NCBI GenBank assembly: GCA_051941275.1
Contig: JAVEBF010000042.1
Span: 1-41,235 of the forward strand
Reading direction: 5' to 3'
DNA: 41,235 nucleotides
Origin: Dirinaria sp. TL-2023a
Taxonomy: Eukaryota
Shown: positions 9,543-21,784 of the stretch, piece by piece
How the letters are laid out: the number at the start of each line of letters is the position of its first letter
Position numbering within the stretch: the stretch's first letter is position 1
The notes under the pieces: model-generated
Seen by the model: only the letters and a program-made list of their open reading frames with translations
The model's database searches: none
What the model was told of the DNA's origin: nothing
Made by a program: the position numbers and the translations under genes

Positions 9543-11324
9543 TTACGTGCTCGCCACTGCACAAGCACCCATATCCATCTTTTTAAACGGCGCCGCGGCG
9601 GGTGAAATATCGAAATCGAAGATGTCCATGGGCAGACCTAGAGTTGTGCAGGCGTTGGGGATCTGGAATCAATAAAGCATAAGCGCTCGGAATAGGTGTG
9701 GAAGTAATGCTCAATGTGCTCCTAAGAGCTGAGAAAAAGAACTCACGTCGACTAGACCAGCAATGTGTCCCTGCACAGGTGCGCAGCTGAGGAGCAAATA
9801 CACTTGGTAGTCGCTGTAGCCTGTTGTTCGCCCATCAGCATTACATTTCTAGGGGTCCAAAAAGTAAAAGAAAACAAGAAAAGGATCGATACAATTGGAA
9901 CAATGTAGGTGTGCCACGAAAGCATGCTAAGAGTCCCAATGCCTTACCGAACCGCTTCAAATACTCAATCACCCTCAATGTCGTCTCCCGATACGCAACG
10001 GTGGCATCCAGGTAATGCTGCTTCCCAGTATGATCCACGCTAAAGCCCTCAAACGTCAAATATCGGCCAGGGCCATAATGCGGCTCCACAGGGCCGGGGA
10101 GGAAGATGGGGCTTTTCATCGCCAGCTCATCCATCCCGTTCTTCATCACGCTAAACTTGAGGGTAATCACGCCCGCGATCTCGATCGCGCCGCAGAAACT
10201 AATTTCTCCATCGCCTTGGCTGAAGTGCAGGTCACCAACGCTGAACTTGGCGCCCGTGACATGGACAGGAAGGAAGACTTTGCTCCCTCGGCTAAGGTTT
10301 TTGATGTCACAGTTTCCGCCATGTTCAGGACGCCCGGGCACGGTGCGTGCACCTTCCTTTCCGACTTTGTCTTTAAGATCTCCCGTGGCGGAACCAGCAT
10401 GGACGTTTTGGGGTTGTGGTGGGAGCGCAGTGACCCGATCCATATGTTCAGTGGTAGAGATGAGCTCGTTCTCGCGTTTGTTCCACGTGGCTAGGACTTC
10501 GGCGCTCGGTGCACAGCCTAGGATGCCTGGATGAATTAGACCTGAGAAGCGGACATGTGGTATATGCCTCGACGAGCAAAAGATCCCCTCGAAGTCCCAG
10601 ATTGCTTTTGCGCTGGAGATGCAAGAGGTTAGCTTCTGGTGATGAAAGAGAAGGCCATGCTTTAGACGGTCTGCAGGACAGTAGGGCTTTGACCACTTCT
10701 ATATAGGCTGTGATACATATGGAGATCAGACCGTCAGATCGGGTTTCTCACAGAAATGACCTTAATCCAAGGCGGATGTGACGGTTCTGTGTGTAGAGCG
10801 GTGGGTGGGTACACGCTTACGCATTGGGGTATATCTCGTCCAGGAATCCGCCACCATTGCTCTTGTCGAAAACGCCGGTAAATCCCCAGGGCTGCTCCTG
10901 GAAAGGCTGAACATCTTGGATCTCGACCACCAAAACATCTCCTGGCTCTGCTGTCTCAATCTCAAACGGGCCAGTCAAGTAGTGAATCTTAGTGAGGTCA
11001 ATATTTTTCACGTCATCAGCGCTGTCGTCATTCTTAATCTGACCACCCGTCCAGTCCACGCATTCAATTTTGACGACTTCTCCATTCTTTATTGTGCCGT
11101 TAAAGGGGACTAACTCGCCGAGTCAGCTACCGACTAGTCGACAGACTGAACGTCAGAAGGTCAAGCGTGCTCACTGACCATCTGGATGCCACCTGTTCTG
11201 TGATAGCGTTAGCGAGAGTGAGTACGAAGAATGACTCTAGACATGTTACATGGAGCCCAGGTTGCTCGGAAGCAGGCTTCTCAAGGTCAACCTTCATCGC
11301 GGTACGGATCTCTGTCAGCCCCAT
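9543..11324 (-). CDS. fmdS: Formamidase (acetamidase/formamidase FmdA_AmdA family)
   Basis: Spliced translation MGLTEIRTAMKVDL...GLH/NRWHPD/...ECVDWTGGQIKNDDSADDVK...HYLTGP...AIWDFEGI...GARTVPGRPEHGGNCDIKNLSRGS...GDLHFSQGDGEISFCGAIE...IPNACTTLGLPMDIFDFDI; stop at 9545-9543. Confidence 0.93.
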
Positions 11325-13418
11325 AATGGCGGCTAAGAACAATGCAGCAAGGCTTTAAAAGCACGGTCAGGGGATATCAAAAACAGTTGTTACTTGACCG
11401 AAAGTAGAAGAGAAATAAAAAGGAGAGAACAGAAACAGAACAAAAGAAAGGATACGGAAGGCTACCCGACGACGGGCTCAAGGAGAGCTTGAAGAGGGGC
11501 AATTGAGTACGGGGAAAGCTACCCCTCAGCCTGCCTAGACTAGTTCATGCTAGATCTGTTTCTTGCTTTTCGGCAGATTTGAATTTCGGCATGAAGCTGA
11601 TAAGATACTGGCTTATCTTTCTTCACCTCGTAAGGGCTAGAGGGGAAACGACCGGGAGATCCACACGTAGGTAGTGCAGAGAGATGGCTCAAGTGAAATA
11701 GACAGGTCGAATGCTTTGATTTGAAGCTGAAGAACGTAGCTATTCGCTCAGAATAGTACACAGGAGTTAGATCATCTTCGTTGTCAACTTCCAGATTGGT
11801 GTTGCCCCAGATCGCGTGAACGGTCGATACCTACCTTAGCTTGAGGTCCTCGGACGCACATACCTCGCGTGTATTTTGTTCGGTACGTCAGGCAGGTATT
11901 TGACCTTTACCCAATTAGGCAGGTCACCAAGGGATACCGCCTGAGCGCTTCTATGAATAGGGTTAGGGTTATTGATCTCCGCATGGCATTCCGTTATCCT
12001 CGGAGCAATCCAGCTCAGGAGCTGCGACTATTATTCTACCTTTACACAACATGCGGATGCTCATGATAGCAATCTTCAAGATTTTCATCACGAGGCGACT
12101 CACTTGACATCGGGTTTTAGAAAACAAGGAATAATCAGCGGCGGATCGAGATCATAAATCGTTGAGTAAGGTATAAATTTCTGCGCGCGGCTTTCTGGAA
12201 GGAGCGATCGTTCTTCATCTTTTGCCGTATTGGCAGGCAAAGAAGTAGAAATCCGAGTCGTGTTTTTAGAATCGAATAGCTGTTCTGAATCGTGACGAGT
12301 AACCTTCTCCCTCCATTAAGTACCTACCAGGCCACCATACTTTTCCAACAGTATTTCCAAGATTGACCTTGATCATCATCCTTGATTTCTTCACTCCTCT
12401 CCCTCTCTTCCAATTCTCCAAGCCCCTCCTCTCCCATCTCCGAATCTCCCTCTTAAGCCAGATGTCCTGCCTCTTCGGTTCCAAATACATCATATGAAAG
12501 CAAATCACCCAGATCGCGGACGTCTCCACTGCACGCAATGAGCAGCACTAAAGACTTTCTTATCCAAGCAGAAAATGAATCTCTGATTCAAATAGATAAT
12601 GGTATTTGATTGGACTGTTTTCCATGAGGCCCTTGTCTGCCGCACTCCTGTCATACTCGAAGAATGTTTTTGGGACAAAACAGAAACGGGTTAGGGGAAA
12701 CGATGGCATCTTCTAATCTGAAGACTCCCATTATTACGAACGATGGTTTCAGATGATGCCGTCTGTGTTGACGCATCAAGTCTCCAGCAAGAACTTAAAG
12801 TCGGCTCTGATAATCTTTCTTTGGGTGTAAGGCCAATCTAACAACTCGCCAGCTCCAAAGATGAATTGTGCAAGTGATTTGAACCAGGCTCCACAGGCCT
12901 AATCAGAGGACCGATACTTATGAGAGAAGGAAAGGTCAAAAAAGGATTAAGCGAGAGCGATGGGAAGTTGTTAGGCTGCAAATTCTGTCCTCGTTAACGA
13001 AAATGGGTTGAAAATGTTGGCAGCTATGCAGTACAAATGTGGTAATTGACGAAGCACTCTGATCTGTATTCCGTGCACTTCATGTGATTAAGGCGAATAT
13101 TGGTATTGGAAGGCGTGATAATAGAGCTGCACATGTAAGCTAATGATCGTGTCCAAGATTCTAGATACATAGCGCATAAGCCGAGCTGTGCAGTGATTCG
13201 TCAAGGAGAAAAAGGGGTTGGAGCAGTATCATAAAGTCGGAAAAAAAAATCATAACGAACAATATGGTGTTCTTTGTTCGTTTTGTTTTATCCAATCGTC
13301 AAGATCATGTCGTGATTGAAAGTATAAGAATGTTACATCGTGGATCTGATAAGCTGTGCCAGGGATGGGTTTCAGAGCAGAGGAATACATGTCGCAACCC
13401 ACCAACAATAATTCACTT

Positions 13419-14652
13419 TCACAACCAAACAAAGAGAAACGCCAGCGCCCCAAACAAAACCATAGCAAAGATTTGGATGCTCTGGAGTCCCACTCGTTTA
13501 GGGGCGATACTCGCTGGAGCTGAAAGAGCGCTGGTGGTACTGCTAGCTTGGTGGGCTACGGGGGGACTGGCTGACTGGACGGTATTTGTCTTGGCAGTGG
13601 GGGTCGGTGTGGGCTGGGGCTCGACTGTCGAGTTTGGCGTAATAGTTGCGGTATCTTGGGAAAGCGACGGTATGGCGGGGGTTTGCGCTGCAGTTTCAGA
13701 TGAGACAACAAAGTAGTACGGAGTGGAAGATGGCGCCGTTCCGCCTCCGTCATCGATCGTGGTTGTTGGTACGTAGATTGTAGTGAGAACCCCATTAGTG
13801 CTTGGTAGCACGTAAGTCGGAGTAAAGACCTCAGTGGTGCTTGGTGGGACGTAAATCGTAGTTAGGACCCCAGTAGCAGTTAGTGGTACATCAGTCGGAG
13901 TGGGGGAACCCGTAGTGGTTGGTGGTAGGTAAATCGTAGTGAAATCCCCAGCGGTAGTGGTTGCTGGAGCGCAAGAGCCGGCGGTGGCGGCCGAGGTAGG
14001 GCAATCGCCGAAAAAACACGCGATGTCGCTCGTAGCGTCGTCCCAGGCATCGACAAGACCGCTAGTGAAATCGGCCCAGCCGGCCGTGACATCGGAAACG
14101 ACGATGCCGGGGATTTGCGCCAGGTCGGAGACAATGGAGCCGTCTTCGATATCGTTGAAGACGTTGACGGCGTCAGTAACGACGGATTCTGCAGCGTCTA
14201 GGATCTCGGTGGGAAGGGAGACTGCGATATTGATAACATCTTTGACATTTTCAATTACCTCCTGTGGGAGATCTTGAATAAGGTCTGGAACTTGGCCTTG
14301 TTGGAGCTGGGTCACGAGGTCTTCGGCTGCATCCACATCCGTTTCGAGGGTGTTGACGACGTCGCAAGGTATCTGGCTTGCATCTTGGGCAAAACTCTTG
14401 GAGCGTAGAAGTCCTCGAACGATGGTACTGTACTAGTCAGTGACTGGCAGAAGGTACCTAGCGGTTGGTTGTAGACAGTAAGACATACAGATAATTCTTC
14501 GGCCCTTGCCGGGACTCAAGGTCGACGTTGCTACGGTAAACTAAGACTTCATTGCGAATTTCACGTACCGCTCTGTGTGACAACCTTCTGGCGTGTGAGA
14601 TGCTGGCATCGAGAATGAGGAGGAATAAAATCTGTGCCTTGATTGCATACAT
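13419..14652 (-). CDS. Secreted Ser/Thr/Pro-rich, probably GPI-anchored cell-surface protein
   Basis: Exon 1 14652-14489 (signal peptide MYAIKAQILFLLILDASISHA); intron 14488-14428 (GTATGT...CTGAC...CAG); exon 2 in frame to 13419. Acidic amphipathic domain, CFFGDC, Thr-rich stalk, hydrophobic C-terminus IFAMVLFGALAFLFVWL. Confidence 0.8.
13760..13940 (-). repeat. 78-bp (26-aa) internal repeat, about 2.3 copies, TTIY[L/V]P...GVL
   Basis: TTIYLPPTTTGSPTPTDVPLTATGVL / TTIYVPPSTTEVFTPTYVLPSTNGVL / TTIYVPTTT. Confidence 0.8.
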
Positions 14653-16395
14653 GTTTGTTTCACTCTCAAATGTAGCGTCAAGGCATTTGGGAGGTATATA
14701 TCAACATATATACTCCGTTCAGCACCGCAGCCTAGCTGCCCACCATCGCCAAAATCCATGCCTAGTGCTATTTGCCTTCAATACTATCACTAGGCTTTTG
14801 TGAGCGCTAGATCATATCACGGCAATTTTAGCTCCCATTGAACTGGTCGTATCCGATTGATTCATGCACGCGAAAGGCATGGTGTTGGGGTGGGGGGGCC
14901 CAGGCAGGAGGCACGGAGACCTCTGCCTTATGGTAATGTGCATAGCCTCGCTACCACAGTATAATTGATAGATAGCACCGGCAAATCATTTGGTGAGGAA
15001 GGGCTGGGTGCAAGCGAGCGAGCAACAAAAGCATAAGAAAGGGAGAGAGATGCCGGCCTGACATTAAGAAAGGAAGATGGATGCTCGGTAATTTACGGAC
15101 AATTCCTTCAGTGAACAGGGAGACATCATTCCAGTCCCACGGGCAAGAAACCTCTGGAGCCTCATCCACTTACTGTCTAGTCAGTTCTAGACTCCCTCCA
15201 CCCTCCGAAACCTCTTGCCAGTCTCAGAACCAACAAGGATGGTTTGACAGCCTCATTTCGTAGTGGCTCTCGGCTTACCGTAGGTGATCCCTGTCGAATC
15301 ACCTACCAAAACACGAGAGAACGTATTCTTCAGCTCCTGGCTCGAACCGATCATGTGCCACTGAAGATGCAGATATGTACAGCATATGCTATACTACCCT
15401 CACAATTGAGCAGGACTTCAAGTGACTAGAAGAGGTCGAGTCGAGGAAGTGCTCCACAACACCGCAAGGCTGAACCGAGGTTTATCCGGAAACCTACTCA
15501 AATGCTCAAGGACTTATGAGTACCAATAAACCTTGCGAATGGTAAGTACCCCGCAAATTTTGAATGGCGGCTGGCGAAGGTAGTCCTTTAGACACCTTTT
15601 CGGCGAAAAAAGCGGCACATTGCTTTGCATTAGCACGAGTTGAGTTTCCTATTGGCAAAGCTCGAACACTTCAGCCTCGTCCGAACAGCTCCATCGAGAT
15701 CCCAGAATCCCGCCTCGGTTTGTCGTTATCGATTTCTCATATGCATCGACACCTAACCTGCCGTCCCGTGTCTATTCATATTGTTTTGCATCAAGGCATG
15801 GCGCCACTGGCGGGTTGCTGTATCTATACACAGCCCAGATTTCAAATCTGATGTATTCCCGGCATAAAACCATAGAGCGTAGAGAATCTGAGACAATCGC
15901 ATCAAGATCATGGCCGTCAACGCATCAACTTGTTCTAAGGTCTATCGTGGGATCAGTCGTGGTCGCCGCATCAGATATTGGCAAAGCAAAGGTGATGAAA
16001 AGCAATTCTTGTCGACACTGAAAAGATGCCGTTGATCTTCTCTTTCTTCAATGAAGCATGAGCTTTTTTGGACAAGACCCAGCAGTGAAGATTGTTGATA
16101 GGCTGCTGCAGGGGTAAACACAGCGTATTTGGGAGCGGTGAGAGGACGCAGAGGGGCGAGGAGGGCGAGAGAATCCTAATGGGACGCTTTCGCACAATAC
16201 TCATATGATACCATACTGATATGATACCTTTGGTGTTTGTACATAGTTGACATTGATGCTCATCAATATGAAAGTATCCCATATTTTGGCGAACGCGTCT
16301 ATGTCATGTTAGAGATATATCGATGGTGACGACATCAAATTAAACGCGGGGATGAGGGATTGCATGTTAAATTTGATATGCAAGTATATTCTCCT

Positions 16396-18729
16396 TCACT
16401 TGACACTGCCATTCGTTCTGCTCATGGGTGTGTCTACCGTCCCGTTCCCGTTCATTGGTAATGGCTCCTCGGTAAGCCTGCACCAAACCTCCCACACTCC
16501 AGCCCTCTGCGCCGGCAACATGCTATACTGTAGACTGTAGAGACTTTTTCGGTGGACTGGGGGCAGGAACTGTCCGGTTGCGAGGCACAGCAGAACACCG
16601 GGCGAAAGGTAATGTTTCCGGATGCGATGGCCGAGCTGGAAGTACTGGTCGAACATGGCGCGAAGGGATAGTGGGATCGACTGTGGTCCTTCTATGAGCT
16701 TTGCAGAACGACCAGCAGGATATATAGAGAGATGATGGCTGTACCTTAAGCATTATGCATGATGTCGGCGGAGTACAAATTGACTCTGCTGTACGCTCTA
16801 CGCTAACAGAAGGGGTATCTCGAAGTTCAAAACAAACACCACCTAGATCTTCGTTCAGCTTAGTTCCTGGCTGAAAGCGGTGAAGAGCACCCTGACCAGG
16901 AAGACGCCGAGAATCTTTGACGCGTAACATCAGCGCAAATAATGGGAAATGGTTCAAGCATGCAAGCAGCGTGTCCAACGACGCTTTAAGAAAGATAATA
17001 GCCATTCGTGCCGACGTGAAGGTGATGTAGAACACCAATACCGTTGGCAAGAGGAAAAAAAGTAATGTAAAGAGAATGGTGCCCAGCAGCAGTTGATCAA
17101 GGTCGTAGTCGCATGAGTCAATCCGATTCCGCAGCACGTTGTGCTTTTTACCACGGAAGAGATGGAACAGAGAAATGATTATGGTTAGCTGCCAGTGGAA
17201 GATGCGCGCGGATGCCGTGTAGAAGCAGTAGATGTGCACAGTAAGCAGCGATAGCAAGTCGGAGAAGAGCGATATTGGCATTGTTGCACCGGCGAAGCTC
17301 GAGAATCCGATGAAGTATATGACCTGTGGAAGGTACGGTCGAAGGTTGGCCACGTATTCTGTACACCACTCAGATATCAATTAGACAGCTCGAGGTTTTG
17401 TAGACCCACCTGCCCAATAATCTATGACCCACAGAAACAAGTCACCGAGGAACCGAGCGAGCTCATTGTTCAGTTTTAGGCCTGCAGGCCAGTCCATGAG
17501 CCATGAAATCATGTTGTGTAAGCCTGCAACAGTCCAAACGCTGAGGGCACTGTTGATCTGCCATGCAACCCAATCGGCGTTGTCGATGATGTACGAGCCT
17601 AGAGCTATGCCTATGATCACGTCATTGGCGACGAGCCACAGGCTATTGTAGAAGCGTATATAATCTGGATGCCTATCCGTGATACTCTCCCATTCGTTCT
17701 TCCGCCTTCGTAGTGTCAGATACTGGATGGGCCAATAGCAAAATTGTTGTAGCCGTATATCAATCTGCTGAGCCGTAGCAGATACATCCCTCAAAGCCAG
17801 TGAGTCGGTCCTTAGCCTCCACTGAAGGACCCTGAGCACGACTTCGGCGACCATGCGGTGGCAGATAAGGCCGATAATGAAAGCTCGGATTAAAAGGGGA
17901 TATACCCAGACAGTCAAAAAGTGCCACAACCCGTCAATACTCAAATCCCATAGAGTTGTGGCAGACTCTACGACACGCTCGCCAACGCTCAGGGTTCGCT
18001 TTGGCCTTGGTCCAAGAAGACCTCTGTTCCGCTCTAGAAGTTGAGCTGTCTCAGCAGAGCAATTGATTTGGTTGAGGATGGTGGGAAGGACGAGCTCTTT
18101 ACGGGTCGCGGGGTGCTTGATCACAGTGTGCAGACGAAGCTTGTCGACCAGTGCATTTCTGTGTGTCTGTGAATCCTTCGAATCCATGCCTTCAGCATCG
18201 AGTGAGGAACCTGAAACATCGTCGACTAAGAATTTGTCTCCAAGGGCCAACGATATGGGTTCGAGTGACATGTACTGCATACGCCTTGGAGAAGGTCGAT
18301 CGAACATTACAATCTGGATGGTGAGATCTTCATACTTCGGACAGAGAATCCGCGGAAATGTGCTGGACGGATCAGTATGAGCCACTACCAGGTTGAGGTC
18401 TGAACGCGCTGCTGGTGGATCCGGATTTGCCACACCCAAAACGTGTATGGAAGAGCTCCTACATAGTTCAAGTATCTGTCCAATGGGATGTGGGCTATTT
18501 CTGAGAAGTATACCAGCACTGATTGCGTTGTAGACGTTTCGCGGCTACGTCTGTGTATTAGCTTGTGCTGCCACCCGAGGGATTGGCTGTCTACCTCTAC
18601 ATCCTGCAATAATGACACCACAAACAAATCCAGCTCACCATTTTTCCATCCAACTATGGTTCCTAGAGACTTTTCCCGTGTGAGATCAGACGGCCAGAAA
18701 ATCCTGAGCAGTCGGTTCGCTGCGACCAT
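16396..18729 (-). CDS. GPI1: GPI-GlcNAc transferase subunit Gpi1 / PIG-Q
   Basis: Multi-exon. LLRIFWP...IVGWKN; SATAQQIDIRLQQFCYWP; YIRFYNSLWLVANDVIIG; WLMDWPAGLKLNNELARFLGDLFLW; LFHLFRGKKHNVLRNRIDSCDYDLDQLLLGTILFT. Confidence 0.93.
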
Positions 18730-18748
18730 GTTAACATCTTCGGAACTA

Positions 18749-19130
18749 TCAAAAAGAGCCTCTTCGCTTCAGCTGTTCGCGTGCGGAAATGCCTTCAATT
18801 GTGGAACGAGGATGCTGAGAGATGGTCAGCACCCATCAGCGATCGGCCTATCTGTGTAGCATACTACACTTGTTTCTCGTGCGGCGAGTCGCTCGATGGG
18901 TAGAACAAGGAGGAAGAAGAAAATGGAGAGAATGGCAAAGCCTTTGATGGTGCGTGTCTATAACGTCTCAATCAGTCGCAAGCAGTTCACTCTCGAATCA
19001 CAGAGCTTACGAGAACGCCACGATCCACAGCAAATATTGCCAGCTCATACAGTCTGGTAACCAGATCCCAACGAGCTGTTATATAGCCGGCGACGAAGAT
19101 GACTACCGTGACGATGGAAAAAGGGTGCAT
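18749..19130 (-). CDS. Small two-TM membrane protein, 92 aa, immediately upstream of GPI1
   Basis: Exons 19130-19011, 18957-18865, 18814-18749; introns GTAAGC...TAG (53 nt) and GTATGC...CTGAC...CAG (50 nt). Translation: MHPFSIVTVVIFVAGYITARWDLVTRLYELAIFAVDRGVLTRTIKGFAILSIFFFLLVLPIERLAARETSVHPRSTIEGISAREQLKRRGSF. Not in the ORF track. Confidence 0.8.
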
Positions 19131-20066
19131 CAAAGATTTTTGTCCATCAGAGCGTGGTCGCGCTATCCAATCTGATTGCCTTTGAGACGTAGCAGGAGAC
19201 TAAGGTACACGAAGACGAGTCTCGGAATAAAGTGACTACATGTACCTTACTTTACCTTGGTAAGATAGGTATTGAAGCTTCTGAGGCTCGCCGAAGAGCC
19301 GCCGAGATACAAGTCCTAGCGATGCCAAGATCTAGCTTACAGCTACCGTTCCCGGGCCGCTACCTTACCTCAGCGAGCTGGGCAGCTGGCTCAGGTAAGG
19401 TAAAGCCCCCTGTAAAGTAAGGTACTTCAGGCGTCCTATTATTATTTAGCGTCACTTACGCAAAGACTGGGTCGTCCAGTGACTGTAGGTACAATATGGC
19501 GAGCACAGTACCCTAAGGTAAGGTAAGGTACAGTACATGTAGGTAGCAAATTCGGGTGATAGTATTGGGTCGTCCCCACACCCCAGGGCGATTTTCAGGT
19601 GACCACGCCCACTGGCAATTGATCGCGCTAGCCAGGACTTAGGTTGGGGGAACCCACACTCATATTGCGAGATAAGTCCCCCAGATATAAGGTAGTACTC
19701 AGTGATAGGTCTCTTGAGTGACCTTCACTTGACGCTACTAGAGGAGCTGTTGAGGGTACTCCTCCGCCGAGGGAACAGCACAGAGACCATGCAATCTTGC
19801 ACACACCAACGATCTGAGGTCTTAAGATGCCCGATATTGAGCGGCAAAATATGCTCCTTCTACCCCATGTTCGTTTGGTCCATGCCCCGTCCGCCTCTCA
19901 CATCTTGCACCCATAAGTTCCCCTTCATTATGGAAGTTAAGCGCGTAATGCTGTTCATAAGCTGCCCTCATGCAGGATCCCTTTGCAACTGCCCAGCCTG
20001 CTCCTGCAAATGCTGTAGAATACATGTTCGGGGCCAAAAGGCTTGAATGCAAGGGTCTAAATGTCT

Positions 20067-21784
20067 TTAAAAGCTAGTGATGGTCGCATTAAACTTCCAT
20101 TCGCCTGTGTCTTGTCAACATGTAAACTTTTATCGAAAGCATGCTGGAGCTTACCTTTCCTGAGCTTATCTGCGGTGTCGTCTAAGAGGATCTCCCGCCT
20201 CTTGTTGCAATAGGATGTCTTGTCGAGAATCTCAACCTTCAGTCCAGCTAGCTCCGCTGTTGGTTTCTCGAACATCTCGCTGAGGTTCTCTACGGCCATT
20301 TCGAGGTCCTTTTGGTTGTCTTCGAACAGCTCTGTAATGTTGTTGCGGGCCAAGTAGAACGCAAAGGCGTACGTCCATTTCAGAGTATTGCGGCAGACTT
20401 GCAAAGCTTTGGACGCTGTATCGAGGAACTGCACCTCGATCCACGAGAGGCCCGAAGAAGTTTGGAGGTTGATCATCTTCCTCTCGGTTTTGAGATAAAG
20501 ATCTTTGTCAAGCTTTGCCGATTGCTCGTGATTGGCGTAACGGTTGTAGTAGTGAAGGTATCTCTCCAGTGATTGCCGAGACCGAGCCTGGGCATCGCGG
20601 CTGTCAACGCCAGACTTTTCCTCGAAGCGATTGCAATTGTACCAGCTTTGACCGTGTTCCGACCATAAGCCCATGCACATCCAGCAAAACTCGTGCTTGC
20701 ACTTGCGACACGTCATATGGTTGCAGCCACCATTCTTCTCAATTGTTGATGCACACTTTGGACATTCCTTCGTGTTGGCTGATATCCAGTTCGCAGTCTC
20801 TGAATCATCCTCACACTTCTTAAGCCACTGTTTTATCAGCGTGCATGGCGCAGGAAGGTGATCGTTCATCGTACAACCGAAGCAGAAACGATGGTGGCAA
20901 GCACACGTCACGGTAGGTACGATACGTCCGAGGTCACGGGGTTTGACGCCACAGTCTACAGCGTATTCGCAATTCGGGGCTGGGCACCACCTGAGATTCC
21001 CCTTATCTTCGACGTAAGTACGTATTAATAAGTCGTGGTATCTAAAAAGCTTTGTTAAATTTAAGACTTTTTCCTTGAGTGCGTAAACGTTACCGAGACT
21101 TGAGCTCCACCGCGACAAGCAGATCCATCGATCTGGAGTCGACAATTCGGTTACATCCTTCAGTAGGACATTGTATCCTGGCTGCTTCACCCTCTTCCTT
21201 AATTTTCTGCGCTAGATATTGCCTGTAGCAATCCACACAGTACCGATGACCGCACTTCAATGCGTATGTCTCCGTACCTTCCTCGTCCTCGAAGCAGATA
21301 CTGCAAGTGAAATTCTTTATGACCTTAGTCGTCACAGCCTGTTGACTGCCGGATCCAAGACCAGCGTTTTCCAGGGCAGCATCAGGCCGGTCCATGTACG
21401 CCTCAATCAACCTTTCCTTGTTCCACCTGAAGTGCCGCAGAAGAATCGCCGAAGCCTCCGAGGGCTGACCCAGGATCTGAGATACCTCATCCACTTGCTT
21501 ATCCTGATGGGCTTGTATTTCGCTCGGACTATATACGGTGAAGTCGACTTCGTAGGACTTTTTCCCCGGTTTCATAATCTCCTTCTCGTGTGAGAAGCCA
21601 AGGTCGGGCTCATCTTCATCATCAAACTCTACAGGCATCGAATAGTGCTTAGTGGTTGTAAGGGTGGGATGCGGATCAGGTACATACCGTCCTCCAAGCT
21701 ACCGTCGTCACTGTCCTGCTGGTTCCCAAAGTCCTCCTCCTGGCTATCTGAAATGCCGCTCATGAATTCGTCTTCCGAGTCCAT
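20067..21784 (-). CDS. Ariadne-family RBR E3 ubiquitin ligase (HEL1/ARIH1-like)
   Basis: Acidic N-terminus MDSEDEF; ILLRHFRWNKERLIE; RING1 CSIC...CGHRYCVDC; IBR WCPAPNC; RING2 TKECPKC...IEKNGGCNHMTCRKCKHEFCWMC; Ariadne domain LERYLHYYNRYANH; 3 introns. Confidence 0.93.

Noticed and set aside
9543..11324. Formamidase as part of the peptide cluster
   Set aside because: Looks like an ordinary nitrogen-catabolism fmdS orthologue, 1.8 kb from the OMT; no sequence evidence of a functional link.
11958..11972. Telomere-like TAGGGTTAGGGTTA
   Set aside because: Only about 2 units; expected by chance or as an isolated binding site.
12266..12900. Possible pseudogene fragments on the minus strand
   Set aside because: Protein-like stretches are interrupted by many stops and match no family I can recognise.
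14951..16282. Several 60-100 aa ORFs between the surface protein and GPI1
   Set aside because: No motifs, coding-like composition or splice model; treated as intergenic.
20057..21190. ORF-track termini of the Ariadne gene and similar frame breaks in other genes as frameshifts or pseudogenes
   Set aside because: All are resolved by canonical short GT-AG introns, except the MSN5 case reported above.
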